Part shown: positions 1 to 12,535 of the stretch, piece after piece
Numbering within the stretch: the first letter of the stretch is position 1
Layout: every line of letters starts with the position of its first letter
Source of the DNA: Octopus sinensis
Taxonomy: Eukaryota
Length of the DNA: 64,000 nt
Direction of reading: 5' to 3'
Assembly: GCF_006345805.1 (NCBI RefSeq)
Contig: NC_042999.1
Span: 145,142,001 to 145,206,000 of the forward strand
Made by a program: the position numbers and the translations under genes
The notes under the pieces: model-generated
The model's database searches: none
Told to the model about the DNA's origin: nothing
What the model saw: only the letters and a program-made list of their open reading frames with translations

Positions 1-224
1 AACCATTTGTTATATTATGCAGTTTTGGAACATCTATATAGGTAATGCATAAACAAACTTTAATATTCTGTGCTACATTCTTAGTTTCATATGGTTGGAC
101 TGGAACCCAATGTCCCTATGGAGTATGTACAGTTACTGTTCTTCACATAAACTGTAGATTCTAAAGTATGCACAAGTGTGCTTGTGTGCATGCTCACACA
201 CATATAAGCACACACACACAAAAG

Positions 225-605
225 TGCAAGCCTGGCTGTGTGGTGAAAAGTTTGCTTCCCAACCACATGGGTCCAGATTAAGTCCCACTGTGTGGCATCT
301 TGGGCAAATGTCTTCTACTGTAACCTTAGGCTGCCTATAACCTTATGAGTGGATTTGTAGTTGGAAACTGAAAGAAGCCTATTTTATGTGTGTATGTGTG
401 TTAGTCCCCCTTGCCACTTGACAACTGGTGTTAGTTAGTTTACATCTCCATAACTTACTGGCTTGGTAAAAGAAGGTAATAGAATAAATACTAGGCTTAA
501 AAAATAAAAAATAAACAATAGTGTGGCTGATTTCTTTGACTGCTGAATCCTTTAAGGTGGTACACCCAGTATACCTATAGTACAGTGACCGAAACAAGTA
601 AAAGA
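225..605 (+). mobile_element. tRNA-derived SINE, family A (diverged)
   Basis: tggctgtgtggt A-box head, 'cttgggcaaatgtcttctactg', 'gagtggatttgtag..ggaaactgaaagaagcc', tail gaaacaagtaaaaga. Homologous to 18507-18909. Confidence 0.8.
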
Positions 606-1450
606 TAAAAGGTATATATCTATATACTACTAAAACTCTGTTATTGCTTGCGTGCGTGCTTGTTTGTAATTTAGTACAGCCAAACCAGTGCATAATGGGA
701 AAATACTCTGAAAGTAAGGTAACCCTGAAATGTGAATACAAACAGAATGAAACAAGTTTCACGTAAATTGGACCACGGATTCCTTAGATACATGGTTATT
801 TTTTGGTACTTTCATAAATAGCCAAAATGGTGCATAATGGGAAAATACTTGAAATGGGAATATATAATACTGTGAAAATTGTTTCCATTAATTAATTGTT
901 TACATTATATAACTATTCCTGTTGCATTTTTGTAGAAGTGTGCGCATATGCCATAAATAAATGCTGTTACTGGAGTTCAAGTTTATCCCAGAAGTTCTAT
1001 TTCTATTAGATGCTGTAAATAATCAATAAAACCTTAAACAGATCTATGATGACATGAACGAATTGAAATATTGAACTGAATCATCATAAAATTAACTTTC
1101 ATTTCAATGCAATGTTGAAACCAGTTTCAATCTTTTATGACCTGAACTGTCAGTGACCTAACAGGTCATGGGTAGTCTAGTATATCGGTATATATATGTA
1201 TATGGATCATTAATTGAAAATATCTTTTTTATACTCAGTTGCCTTATTAATGATATGAATAGTGTGAACAGATTATGCTTTCAATTTTATTCCATAGTTA
1301 AATGTTATGTATGTAGAACACAGTAGATAGGTCCACAGTTGTCAAGTTTCTCTGTTTTGGATCTGGTCCCTTCAAAAAGGGTTATAGGGAAAGTGAGTTA
1401 TATGTGCAAAGTCTTTTGGTAAAGTAATGAAAATATTATTTTATTCTCAG

Positions 1451-1483
<33 letters not shown>

Positions 1484-1773
1484 GTTAGTAGTACAGGTAC
1501 ACATACTACACAGTGACACACACACACATATACTCAGTAAAATGGTTGGTGTTAGGAAGGGCATTCAACTATAGGAACCATTGTCAGAACTGAGACACTG
1601 GAGCAACAAATACTTCTTGGACCCACTGGATTCTGTGGAAACCTTTTAACTGCTTAACCGTGTGCATGTGTATACACATACACACACATACACATGCTTA
1701 CAACGATACATACATATATATTTGATATATTTATCTCACATTATATTTTGAAATTCTGTCGTATATTTTGTAG

Positions 1774-1933
1774 ATGGCAATCATTTTTAATGAAGAAGGT
1801 TTGAAAGACGTGCGACCACCATGTGTAGCTCAAAGTTTCATCACTCATAATGCTGTACTGTACAAAGTGTTTGTTGTTGGTGATGAACAATTTATCTGTG
1901 AGCGGCCATCTCTCAAAAACTTGACTGCTGGTG
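1774..1933 (+). CDS. ITPK1: Inositol-tetrakisphosphate 1-kinase, internal coding exon (upstream exons lie outside the window)
   Basis: Acceptor ttttgtag at 1766-1773, donor gtaagt at 1934. Translates MAIIFNEEGLKDVRPPCVAQSFITHNAVLYKVFVVGDEQFICERPSLKNLTAG, matching the ITPK1 ATP-grasp motif (PPCVxQxFINHNAVLYKVFVVG...RPSLKN). 160 nt, ends in phase 1. Confidence 0.95.
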
Positions 1934-2983
1934 GTAAGTTCATTTTTTTTTTTATTTGTTGTATACAGTAGTTATCATTTTAAAGATACAGTGTATGCTA
2001 ACCATTTGGTATTTGGTATTCAAATCTTACTTTTGTATCCACTACTTTGATAATGTGATTGCTGAGATAGGTTCAAATTTTTTTAGCTGGTTAATTATCG
2101 GCGGAGTGTGTGGTTGGTCAACTTGATAGGATGTCAACTAACCATATGGCTGGTTGTTCATAGCCAGTCATGAGCACGATGTTGTATCTGTGTTCAAGAC
2201 AGTTCTCAGAGCAGTGGATAAGAATAACTGAAGGTGTAGAAAGAAAAACAAAAACAATATCCTTATCAATTGAAATCTGGTCTTGTCCTCTTGTTAATCC
2301 AAGGTTGATAAATATATTTTGACTAAACAGCAAAGAGAAATAATATAAATATTGACAATGTCTGGTATATTTATTTTGTAGGTTGTTTTGAACAGTTTTG
2401 ATAAAACCACCTAAGTTTTTAGACTGTTTGGTCAAAGCTACTCAATAAACAACAGTATTATTACACAACTTGACTATGTAACATTCTGATGTTTGGATTG
2501 CATTAAAATTTATACTTTTGTCATATGTATTTGCAATATAAATGTAGTGAAATGCTTCAAAGTAGGATTTGAAACCAAACCACAGACTTGGTTCAATGTA
2601 ACTTTAGTTTGGACTATGTACCAGAAACAATTATATAAATTACATTTATAACTACTATTTTAATCTTGCTTTTGTCTTTTTTTATTTTGTCTCCCTCCCC
2701 ATTGAAAACTGATATATTAGTTTATTAACTGTTACTTCTACATCACCTTTGTACCCCAAACTTTCAGCTAATCAACTACAATATCTCTCCACCTTCTTTG
2801 CATTCCAGTACATTCCATGAATTGACAACTGGTTTATACCAGTTGGACTGCACCTTTGCTAAAACTGTCCAAACCTATTTAAATATATTTGAATTTAGCA
2901 GTTTTCAATCTTATTTTTCTTTTATTGTTAAGATAGACATGTTTGGCCATGACTAGAAGGAAAATAATAAATGTAAACATATA

Positions 2984-4052
2984 CTAGGTCTGATCAATAA
3001 GTATCCGGACTGTTGCCATAGTAATGAAGCTAAAGCACACAGAGTGAAGCTGCTTGGCACAGACTGATCTTGAACCCTGCTGTGCATGCAAACTAAGTTT
3101 TAATGTTTTAGCTCACTTCTGCTGCTTACAGCAGTGCTTGGAAAGAAGGTGTGTAGTGTGTGATCATCACATTGACCATGACAGAGAAAGTTGTCCTGGT
3201 GATACCTGCTCAGAGGCCTACACAAAGTTGCAGAAAGTGTATGGAGAGGAGTGTATGTGCCAAACCCAAGTGTATGAGTAGTCCAAGATGGCCGAAAAAA
3301 TATCAATATCGATGAACATTCTGGGAGACCCACAACCAGCAGAACAGCGTAAAACATCACAGATGTGCATGCAACTGTGAGGGGAAATCGTCGAATCACC
3401 ATCCATGAGTTATCAGAGGGGGTGCAGATTAGTTATGGTTCAGTTCAGTCCATTATCACTGAAGATTTGGGTATGAGACGCATGTCTGCCAAGTATGTGC
3501 AAAAACTGCTTTCAGCTGATCAAAAAGACACTTGGGTTTCAGTTGCACAAGATCTCCTTGATTGTGTTGAGATTGTGTTGAATCACCATCCATGAGTTAT
3601 CAGAGGAGGTGTAGATTAGTTATGGTTCAGGTCAGTCCATTATCACTGAAGATTTGGGTATGAAATGCATGTCTGCCAAGTATGTGCAAAAACTGTTTTC
3701 AGCTGACCAAAACGAAACTTGGGTTTGTTGCACAAGATCTTGATTGTGTTGAGAACGATGAAAACATTTTGAAAACTTTACGTAGACCTCTGAGCAGATA
3801 TCGCCAAGCTTTTGGCAAAATTTGATGCAGATTCTCTGCTCAACTTTCTCTGTCATGGTCAATGAGATGATCACATGCTACACACCTTCTTCCCAAGCAC
3901 TGCTATAAACAGCGGAAGTGAGCTAGAACATTAAAACTTAGTGTGCATGCACAGCAGAGTTCAAGATCAATCTGAGCCAAGCAGCTTCAATCTGCATGCT
4001 TTAGCTTCGTTACTATGGTAGCAGTCTGGATACTTATATCAATAAGACCATG
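2984..4052. mobile_element. Non-autonomous mariner derivative with two inverted 5' ends (foldback) and an internal tandem duplication
   Basis: TA-flanked ends. About 250-bp inverted arms carry the transposase N-terminus (MTEKVEQRICIKFCQKLG on -). HTH-region peptide RRITIHELSEGVQISYGSVQSIITEDLGMRR on +, duplicated at ~3392-3572 and ~3579-3752. Confidence 0.85.
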
Positions 4053-4244
4053 TATTTTGTAATTGCAGTTTATTTAAGAAGATATTCAATTCTTCTTTGC
4101 TCTAAGTTATCATTTATAAAAAACAACACAAAAACACACCTGTAATTAAGATTTGTTGTGTTTACTTTTTTAATATTCCCTTCCCCTTCTTGCATCAAGA
4201 GTAGCTTTCCAAATAAAAAAAAAAATTTTGTTTCTTTGTAATAG

Positions 4245-4312
4245 ATGACAAGACCATATTTTTCAATACTAATGATGTGTCAACACCTGATGCCACCCAC
4301 TTCTTGAATGAG
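4245..4312 (+). CDS. ITPK1: ITPK1 internal coding exon (68 nt)
   Basis: Acceptor tttctttgtaatag, donor gtaagt at 4313. The phase-1 join gives (D)DKTIFFNTNDVSTPDATHFLNE, similar to ITPK1 'IFFNSHNVSKP'. Restores phase 0. Confidence 0.9.
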
Positions 4313-4482
4313 GTAAGTCTTGGCTAGGAATTCTTTGATATATATGTATATGTGTGTGTGTGTGAGTGTGTCTCACAAGGTAGTTAATTGTACTGGGTGT
4401 GTGTGTGAAAAATGTAATTTATACTAATAGATTCAGTAAGTCGTAGGAAAGAATCTGTTGTTTGAAATATATTTTTTATATT

Positions 4483-4805
4483 TTACTTGTTTCAGTAGAC
4501 TGCAACCATGAAACTTATTCTATAGGTTTCTTTCGCCAAACTGCTCAGTTACAGGGGACACAAACACACCAACACTGGTTGTCAAGTGGTGGTGGTGGGG
4601 GACAAACACACACACGTGTGTGTGTGCATCCCCCCTCCCCCACAAAGGGCCTTCTTTCAGTTTCTGTTTACCAAATCCACTCATGAGGTTTTGGTCAACA
4701 AAAGGCTATAGTAGAAAACATTTGCTCATAGTGCCACATAGTAGGACTGAACCTGGAACCATGTCTTTTGTAAGCAAGTTTCTTATACAGTCACATCTGT
4801 GCCTA
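4483..4805 (-). mobile_element. SINE family A copy (reverse)
   Basis: Reverse complement of the family A body (ttctttcagtttctgtttaccaaatccactca...ggactgaacctggaaccatg). Confidence 0.75.
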
Positions 4806-5096
4806 TGATAATTATTGCTCTTAAAACAAAATTGTTAATTAAATGACTTTTTACTTTTCTAACAAATTTACAAAGAGAAATGAATAGATGAATTTTGGGA
4901 ACTATATTAAAACCCTTAGGAATATAACAACAGGATTATAAGCCTTAACTTCATGGAAAATTAAAAAGAGTACTTGGTCCCTGATGAGATCTCAACATAG
5001 GACTAAAATAACATAGGACAGTGGCTGGTCATTTTTTTTATTTTGTCCGTGAAAATACTATATATAAAGAGTGTTTCTGTTTGTCTATTCTGTATA

Positions 5097-5640
5097 GGTG
5101 CAAGCATGGCCATATGGTTAAGAAGAAGCTCACTTTGCAACCATGTGGTTTTGGGTTCAGTCCCACTGTATGGTACCTTGGGCAAGTGTCAGGACAATTA
5201 CCCCCACCCTAGGACAATTGCCCCTCATAGGACAATTCCCTCTGACATCTACTCCCAGGACAATTCCTCCGCTTGGTAAATTACCCGCTGTCCAATATAT
5301 TAAGAAGTTTTTAATCATCATCTGTTGTCCTTGGGGTTTATTGTCCAGGTTAAAGTTCTAGACTCCTTCTACTATAGCCCTGGGCCAACCATTGCCTTGT
5401 TAAAGTTTTTGGAAGATGGAAACTGTTGTGTGTGTGTGTATGTAAAAAAAGCATACATACATATGCATGCATGTTTTTGTTTTAGTTCTACTCTGTGCTG
5501 GACAATTAGTATTGTTTTTTTTTAATGATCAATAGATCAATAGAACAAATACGAGACTTCAAAACAAAATATTTGTTCGACTAAACATTTCAAGGTGGTG
5601 CCTCAGCATGGCTGCAGTCTAATCACTGAAACAAATACAA
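5097..5640 (+). mobile_element. SINE family A copy interrupted by a ~175-bp insert with GGACAATTNCCC repeats (~5190-5366)
   Basis: The SINE reads ...ccttgggcaagtgtc | insert | ttctactatagccc..., split exactly within the consensus. Confidence 0.7.
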
Positions 5641-6239
5641 GTGTTAACTAAAACCTACAGATATATTCTGCTGTGTAGTATAGCACTGAAATAAAACATT
5701 GTTAATGCCTCAGCAAATTATTGACTGATTTAGCTCCTCAGCTAATGTAGCATATATGCAAATTAGTCTGATTTAGTAATAGCAGGTCTATAAGTGACAT
5801 TCTTCAGGCAGTTAACGAGGATCCTCAGGAACTGATGAAATCACAATAAAAGACAGAAACTAGTCCAGCTGATTCCTCTTTTTGTGTTGTTGAAGGTATT
5901 GTCTATGTAAAGACAATGATATACGGTATTAGCTACATACCTATTTGTCCATTCATTTATCCATTCCTTTGTTCATAAGTTTTTTTTTGTAAGCAAAGAA
6001 TATTAAGATAAATGTTTTCTTCAAGCTTTCATTTCATATTTCAAAAAATATTCAAACAGTGAATATTTGAAAAGAAAAGCAGGCTTGGATTACCAGCTGA
6101 TGATCTGATATATATGTAACTTAAAGTACTGGAAATAGGGGCCTTTCAGTTAGAATGTATTAGAGAATACACTTGTATTGAGTTCTGCAATTTATCACTT
6201 CTAATGAATCAACAAAGATTTATATATATATATATATAT

Positions 6240-6552
6240 TGCCCTGTGCCGGTGGCACGTAAAATGCACTGACTGAGCATTGGGCCTCATGGAGGCAGTG
6301 AAGGTGACTGAGACTTTTGGTGATATACTGTTCTTGTGTAAACCAGTCAAGCCAAGTAAGATTGTAGTCATGGCCAATGCTGGTGGCACATAAAAAGCAC
6401 CCACTACACTCTTGGAGTTGTTAGCATTAGGAAGGGCATCCAGCCATTGAAACCTTGCTAAATTGGACTGGGACTTAGTGTGGCTTTCTGGCTTACCAGT
6501 TTTCAGTCAAACCATCCATGGAAAGCAGATGTTAAACAACGATGATGATGAT
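6240..6552 (+). mobile_element. 5'-truncated RTE 3'-UTR fragment with (GAT)n tail
   Basis: Homologous to 8365-8683 (cctgtgccggtggcacgtaaaa..., ttaggaagggcatccagc, gttaaacaacgatgatgatg). Confidence 0.75.
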
Positions 6553-6704
6553 CATCCAGTGTTTTAAATCTGGGTTTTTTCCCCGTTAACAGGGGTGGCT
6601 GGATCTATCTCAGTGCCATAGCAACAGAGGTAGGCAGGTGCAGCCCACCCCAACCTTTGGGCTGGCTGGTGCCCATTCTCTTTTGATATATATATCATCA
6701 TCAT

Positions 6705-6900
6705 CATCATTTAACATCAATTTTCCCTGTTGGCATGAGTTGGATGGTTGCACAGGAACTGGGAAGCCAGAAGACTGCATCAGGCTTCACTGTCTGTTTT
6801 GGCATGGTTTTTATGGTTGGGTGCCCTTTCTAATGCTAACCATCTTAGTGGACTGAGTGCTTTTTATGTGGCACCAGCACTGGTGAAATCTGTTTTGGCA
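6705..6900 (-). mobile_element. RTE 3'-UTR fragment (reverse)
   Basis: (cat)n tail followed by the reverse complement of the RTE 3' end. Confidence 0.65.
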
Positions 6901-7096
6901 CATTATATATATATATGTATTCAAATTTCACTAATTTGGATCACCTTGATAAAGTTATGTTAACATATATTTTCAGAAATATTAATATAAATTTTAATAT
7001 TTTCTAGTGTGTGTGTGTGTGTGTGTATAAATGCAATAGAAACAGTTGTTGGCTTTATAAGGTGAGAACTATAATAAAAATAAAATTTTCTCTATT

Positions 7097-8683
7097 GTAC
7101 AGGCTCTATACAGAGAGGCTGTCAGCAAGGTTAGGATTGGCAACGAATATAGTGAAGAATTCCGGGTAGAAGTAGGTGTACACCAGGGCTCAGCCCTCAG
7201 TCCCCTTTCATTCATCATAGTCCTCCAGGCAATAACAGAGGAATTCAAAACAGGTTGCCCCTGGGAGCTCCTCTATGCTGATGACCTGGCCCTCATAGCA
7301 GAATCACTATCGGAACTAAAAAAGAAATTTCGGGTGTGGAAACAAGGGTTAGAATCAAAGGGCCTTAGAGTAAATGTAGCGAAGACCGAAGTTATAGTAT
7401 GCAGAAAGGCGAACTCAGCACACACCCCATCGGGCAGGTGGCCCTGCTCGAGCTGTAGGAAAGGTGTAGGTAGAAACTCCATAAGATGCACCCAGTGTAA
7501 GCTATGGACGCATAAGGGGTGCAGCAACATCAAAGGGAAATTAACTGATAAGATAGCTTTCATGTGTGGCAGATGCACAGGGACAATAGACACCACAAAT
7601 ACTCAGAAAACAGATTCCATCAAACTCCAGGGGAGAAACTAGAAGTAGTTGATAGTTTCTGCTACCTGGGTGACCAAGTTAGTAGTGGGGGTGGATGCTC
7701 AGAGAGTGTCACCACTAGAATACGAATAGCCTGGGCAAAGTTTAGAAAGCTCCTACCCCGACTGGCGACAAAGGGTCTCTCACTCAGAGTGAAAGGTAGA
7801 TTGTATGATGCATGTGTGCGAACTGCCATGCTTCACGGCAGTGAAACATGGGCCGTGACTGCAGAGGACATGCGTAGACTTGAAAGAAATGAAGCTAGCA
7901 TGATCCGCTGGATGTGTAATGTCAGTGTGAATGCACGACAGAGTGTAAGCACCCTGAGAGAAATGCTAGGCATAAGAAGCATCAGATGCGGTGTGCAAGA
8001 GCGACGCTTGCGATGGTATGGTCATGTACTGCGGATGGATGAGGAGAGATGTGTGAAGAAGTGCCACTCCCGAACAGTTGAAGGAATCAGGGGGAGAGGT
8101 AGACCCAGGAAGACATGGGATGAGGTAGTCAAGCCTGACCTCAGAGCGTTGGGCCTCACTGAGGCAATGGCAAAGGACCGAGATCTCTGGAGATGTGCTG
8201 TGACTACTAAGACTCGGGATGCTTCCGGCACCAGTTCCGCATAGCCCCTGCCCATTCAAAGTACCTTGGATCCCGGAACATCTCGCTGTGCTTGAGGAGA
8301 CCTGTTGAGTCAAGTGCATGTACATGAACATCGAACCAAATATCAATGGAAACAGTAGTTGTGATACCTGTGCCGGTGGCACATAAAAAGCACCATCCGA
8401 ACGTGGCCGATGCCAGCACCGCCTCGACTGGCTTCTGTGCCGGTGGCACATAAAAAGCACCAACCGATCGTGGCCGATGCCAGACCCCTCTGGCACCTGT
8501 GCAGGTGGCACGTAAAAAGCACCTACTACACTCGCGGAGTGGTTGGCGTTAGGAAGGGCATCCAGCTGTAGAAACACTGCCAGATCAGACTGGAGCCTGG
8601 AGCAGCACCTGGCTCCCCAGACCCCTGTCGAACCGTCCAACCCGTGCTAGCGCGGAAAACGGACGTTAAACGATGATGATGAT
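7097..8683 (+). mobile_element. 5'-truncated RTE-clade LINE (RT C-terminal half with inserted PHD finger, 3' UTR, (GAT)n tail) in an ITPK1 intron
   Basis: The open frame from 7097 gives VGVHQGSALSP...LLYADDL, then LEVVDSFCYLG, LHGSETW, RRLRWYGHVLRM, GRGRPRKTW. One frameshift near 7630, stop at 8242-8244. The 3' UTR has tandem 'tgtgccggtggcacataaaaagcacc' units and a gatgatgat tail. Confidence 0.93.
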
Positions 8684-10596
8684 ATTTATTGTGTTGTCAA
8701 ATACTCTGAATTTCTTGGAATTCTGCCCAAAGATATTTGAATTTACCTGTCATTCATGAGGATTTACCTGGGATCTGTATTCTACTTACATTTACTGGTG
8801 TCCAATTGTTGAACATGTGTAACCAACCAAATTCTTTTCATACTCAGTACTTTATTGATATCTGCCAGAATGTTTTAATCTCTTTTATTCTTAGGTATAT
8901 ATATATGTGTATATATGTATATATAGTTATACATCTTAAAGATAATTGCTACTAAATTAATGTCAAACAAAAAAAATTACTGTGACTTTATTTTATCTTT
9001 GTTGTTGCTGGCCCTTCTTTGGCACACTATTGGAAATGTATTATACCAGTAATTGGTCAAATAGAACGTATAACTAACATTGTTCATAAAAATCTTGATA
9101 TGAGCTATGAATAAATAAAAAAAAAAACAACCAGTGTTTAGAAGCCACTTATCTTGTTTGTCACATTTCACCACTCTTACTGCCATTGATATTGCACCTT
9201 CAACTCACCTTCCCCTCATTGGTTGCCAGAAGTTGTTGAACAACTCAGAATATTTCGGTCTTTTCCCTCTCTTTATCTTTCTTTTCGTCTCGTCATCTCT
9301 TTTCATTTTGTTCTCATTCTATTTCTCTATTTGTTTTCCTCTCTATCTTGCTATTGCTTTGTTTCTCAGTTTTTCTATTTTTCTTTCCTTCTCTCTCTCT
9401 TTCTACCTCCCTTTTCTCTCTCTCTCTCTATATATATATATATCTATCTATATATATATTTGTTTTAAAGACTAAAGCGCATACACAGAAACATGCAATA
9501 TACAGGCTCAGATATATCACATTCACATGACAGTGATTTCTCCTTCAGTGCAAACATACATTCATATGCAAAGACCTATGTATACACTCTTATTCCTAAA
9601 ACACAGACACGTAAAGAAGACCTTGCTTCTGATAGACATACACAAACATCCATGAATATCCAAATATGCACAGACAATCTTGTAGATAGACATACACACA
9701 CACACAAAACTTACTTGCATATACATAAGCATAAATGTGGAAACATACACACAAACTTTGTCACTTCTATCAGACTACACGCATTCATGTCCTGCTCCAT
9801 TTATGCACTGACACACGTGTGCATGCTGGCACACATACATCTGCCTACTGGCTCATAGGCATTGACACAATGTACTTATACTTACACATTGATACAGACA
9901 ACACATATGTATTAACATTTGTACCCACCCACTTGCACATACCACATAAAAGCCATGACATTTTACTGTTATTGTGTCAAAGTTTCATTTAATCTGTTTG
10001 CGTGACTTTTCTTCCAAATGTGGTCCTTCTAAATGTGTATTCATTTGCTGCTTTATTCAAATGATGCTGCTAACAGTTATCAGTTGAAGAATCTATTGGG
10101 CTTACAATGTTATAAAAGATGTTTTAAAATGGCATCCTTTCTTCCACATAAAGGATATTGCTGTTGTGCAGCCCCTGACTGAGAAAATTTATAATCAAAG
10201 ACATTCTAGCCTTGACGATCCTGTCTTTTTAGCATGTGTTTGTTGGGTCTAGCTGCTTGTCATTTCCTTTGTAAGGTTCAGTATCCTGAGATCAGCTTTC
10301 ACCATTTCTTCCCACAGCTTCCTTGGTCTTCATCTATCACAAACTCCTATGACATGTGTTGCTTTTCCGTTTTTCACTTAAATTCTATCTTCCGTATGCA
10401 TTATATGACTGAACCAGCATCAAGCCAGCTCTGGTTCTCCCTTTCACACTTGATTGTTCTCATAAACAATTACTCTCTCAGCTTGTCTAAACATTGTCAT
10501 TCATGTATACTATCATTTACACATCTAGCAAAGCATTCGTCTTCATTTTCTATTTCTTGCCAATACACCTCCTCCTCATTCACTGACACACATACA

Positions 10597-10810
10597 CATC
10601 ATCATCATCGTCGTCATCAATCTTTAATGTCCATGATCCATACTGGCATGGGTTGTATGGTTTGACAAGATCCAGTGGGCCCAAGGCCTGCATCATGCTT
10701 TAGTGTTTGTTTGGCATGGTTTCATCATCATGATGGATGAACACCCTTCCTAATGCCATCCACTTTACAGCATGTACAGGGTGTTTTTTTTTCAAGCTAT
10801 TAGCACAAGT
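10597..10810 (-). mobile_element. RTE 3'-UTR fragment (reverse, diverged)
   Basis: (cat)n tail, 'cccttcctaatgcca'. Confidence 0.6.
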
Positions 10811-10885
10811 GAAGTAATCATGTAGTTTGCAAGACTACAAACCTCAAGTGGACACCCACACACATACTAAGCATGGGCATGGTTC

Positions 10886-11042
10886 CACTAGTGTAGTTGA
10901 GGAGAGGGGGTGGGGTAGTAGGGGCAGTCTGCCCCCGAGCAGCACTTTTGGGTCTGTTGTAGGCAATATGTGGTTTTGTGGAGTCCAGGAGTGGGAAATG
11001 GAAAGGCCGCCCCGAGTGGCACACACTCTAGCTACACTAGTG
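10886..11042. mobile_element. 157-bp MITE with 11-bp TIRs and 8-bp TSD (hAT-like)
   Basis: TIR cactagtgtag/ctacactagtg; perfect CATGGTTC duplication at 10878-10885 and 11043-11050. Confidence 0.85.
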
Positions 11043-11765
11043 CATGGTTCTGTAGTTATGAATTTTGCTTTAACTTTTTTTATACAGAAAATGTAGTGAA
11101 AACCAGTGCAAGAAAGATATTGCCTCTATAGGTGTTTTCACAGACCATAAGAATGTGCTTGTTTGGTACATTGTGCACATAAAGAAAAATAGAACTAGAA
11201 CAAAATGAAAAGAGATGACGAGAAGAAGAGAAAGATAAAGAGAGTGAAAAGACTGAAATATTCTGAGTTGTTCAACAACATCTGATGATTAAGCTAAATT
11301 ATAAGACATACTATGTGGGTGTCCTTGTCATTTTTTACATCTGCTTTCCATGGTGACATGGGTCATCATGGTCCATGTCTGCACTTTATTTGGATGGTTG
11401 CTAGACTGTTTTGTTTGTATGTTTCACTTTTGGCATGGTTTCTTTGGCTGAATAACTCTTTCTAACACCAATCACTTAACAGATTGTACTGTATGTAGTT
11501 TATCATAGCACGAGCACTAAAGAGGTTGTCATGACCTTGGCAAGACTAAAGCGTCTTCTCTACCTTACATTGTCACTGTTCATTTGCCAACCACTTAAGA
11601 GTGTGCTGGGTGCTGTGCACCCAGTACACTCTTAGTGTTTGACTTGTGATCATAAAATTCTGGTTTCAATTCCTGGTCTTCCTTCATTTCCCGTTGCTCC
11701 AGCCTACTCAGCTGGCAAAAGTGAGTAATCTTGTGATGGACTGGCATCCTGTCCAAGTGTGGAAT

Positions 11766-11933
11766 ATACTGTATTTTAATGTTTATAAGGAAACATTTTT
11801 TGCCAAAAATTAGGTTAAAAAAATATGGGAGTTTCTTATACATGGACAGTATTAGAATCCCTTACGAAACCTTTTCTTCAAATTTTAAGCCCCCAAAATT
11901 AGAGGGTTCCTTATACAGGTTAAAATACGGTAT
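11766..11933. mobile_element. Degenerate Tc1/mariner-pogo-type MITE
   Basis: Ends tactgtattttaa...ttaaaatacggta, the same type as 31741-32265. Confidence 0.55.
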
Positions 11934-12134
11934 ATGTCACAGAACCTGAGAAACTGACCCTCTGAGTCTATATGACTTGGAAAGGATCTTTTTATCCTAT
12001 ATATATATATATATTGTCAGTGGCCATTGGAGTCTGACAAGTCGTCTATAAAGCTAAGCACTTTAAGGATGCGAAACTGTTGGTCACTCTATGACTGGAC
12101 ATATATGTAACTGCATGTAAATATATATATGTAT

Positions 12135-12535
12135 ATCATCATCATCACTTAACGTCGGCCTTCCATGCTAGCATGGGTTGGACAATTTTGACTGACGGCT
12201 GGCGAACCAGATGGCTGCACCAGGCTCCAATCTTGATCTAGCAGAGTTTCTACAGCTGGATGCCCTTCCTAATGCCAACCACTCTGAGAGTGTAGTGGGT
12301 ACTTTTTACGTGCCCAGTCAGGCGGTACTGGCAACACCTCGCTCGAATCTTTTTACACATGCCACCAGCACAGGTGCCAGTAAGGTGACGCTGGTAACGA
12401 TCACACTCGAATGGTGCCTTTTACGTGCCACTGACATGGAAACCAGTTAGCTGCTCTGGCAACGATCATGCTCAGATGGTGCTCTTGGCATCCTACTAGC
12501 ATGGGCACAAGTGCCAGTAAGGTGACACTGATAGC
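12135..12535 (-). mobile_element. RTE 3'-UTR fragment (reverse)
   Basis: (cat)n, 'ttaacgtc..ccatgctagcatgggttggac', 'gtttctacagctggatgcccttcctaatgccaaccact'. Confidence 0.75.

Noticed and set aside
688-849. 20-bp direct repeat gtgcataatgggaaaatact at 688 and 830
   Set aside because: Only two copies and no defined element ends; probably an old repeat remnant.
8365-8525. Repeated 'tgtgccggtggcacataaaaagcacc' with variable spacers
   Set aside because: Internal tandem repeats of the RTE 3' UTR, also present in other copies; not a CRISPR array.
7966-8640. 224-aa minus-strand ORF (and 49676-50374, 232 aa)
   Set aside because: Antisense shadows of GC-richer retrotransposon sequence with no recognisable motifs.
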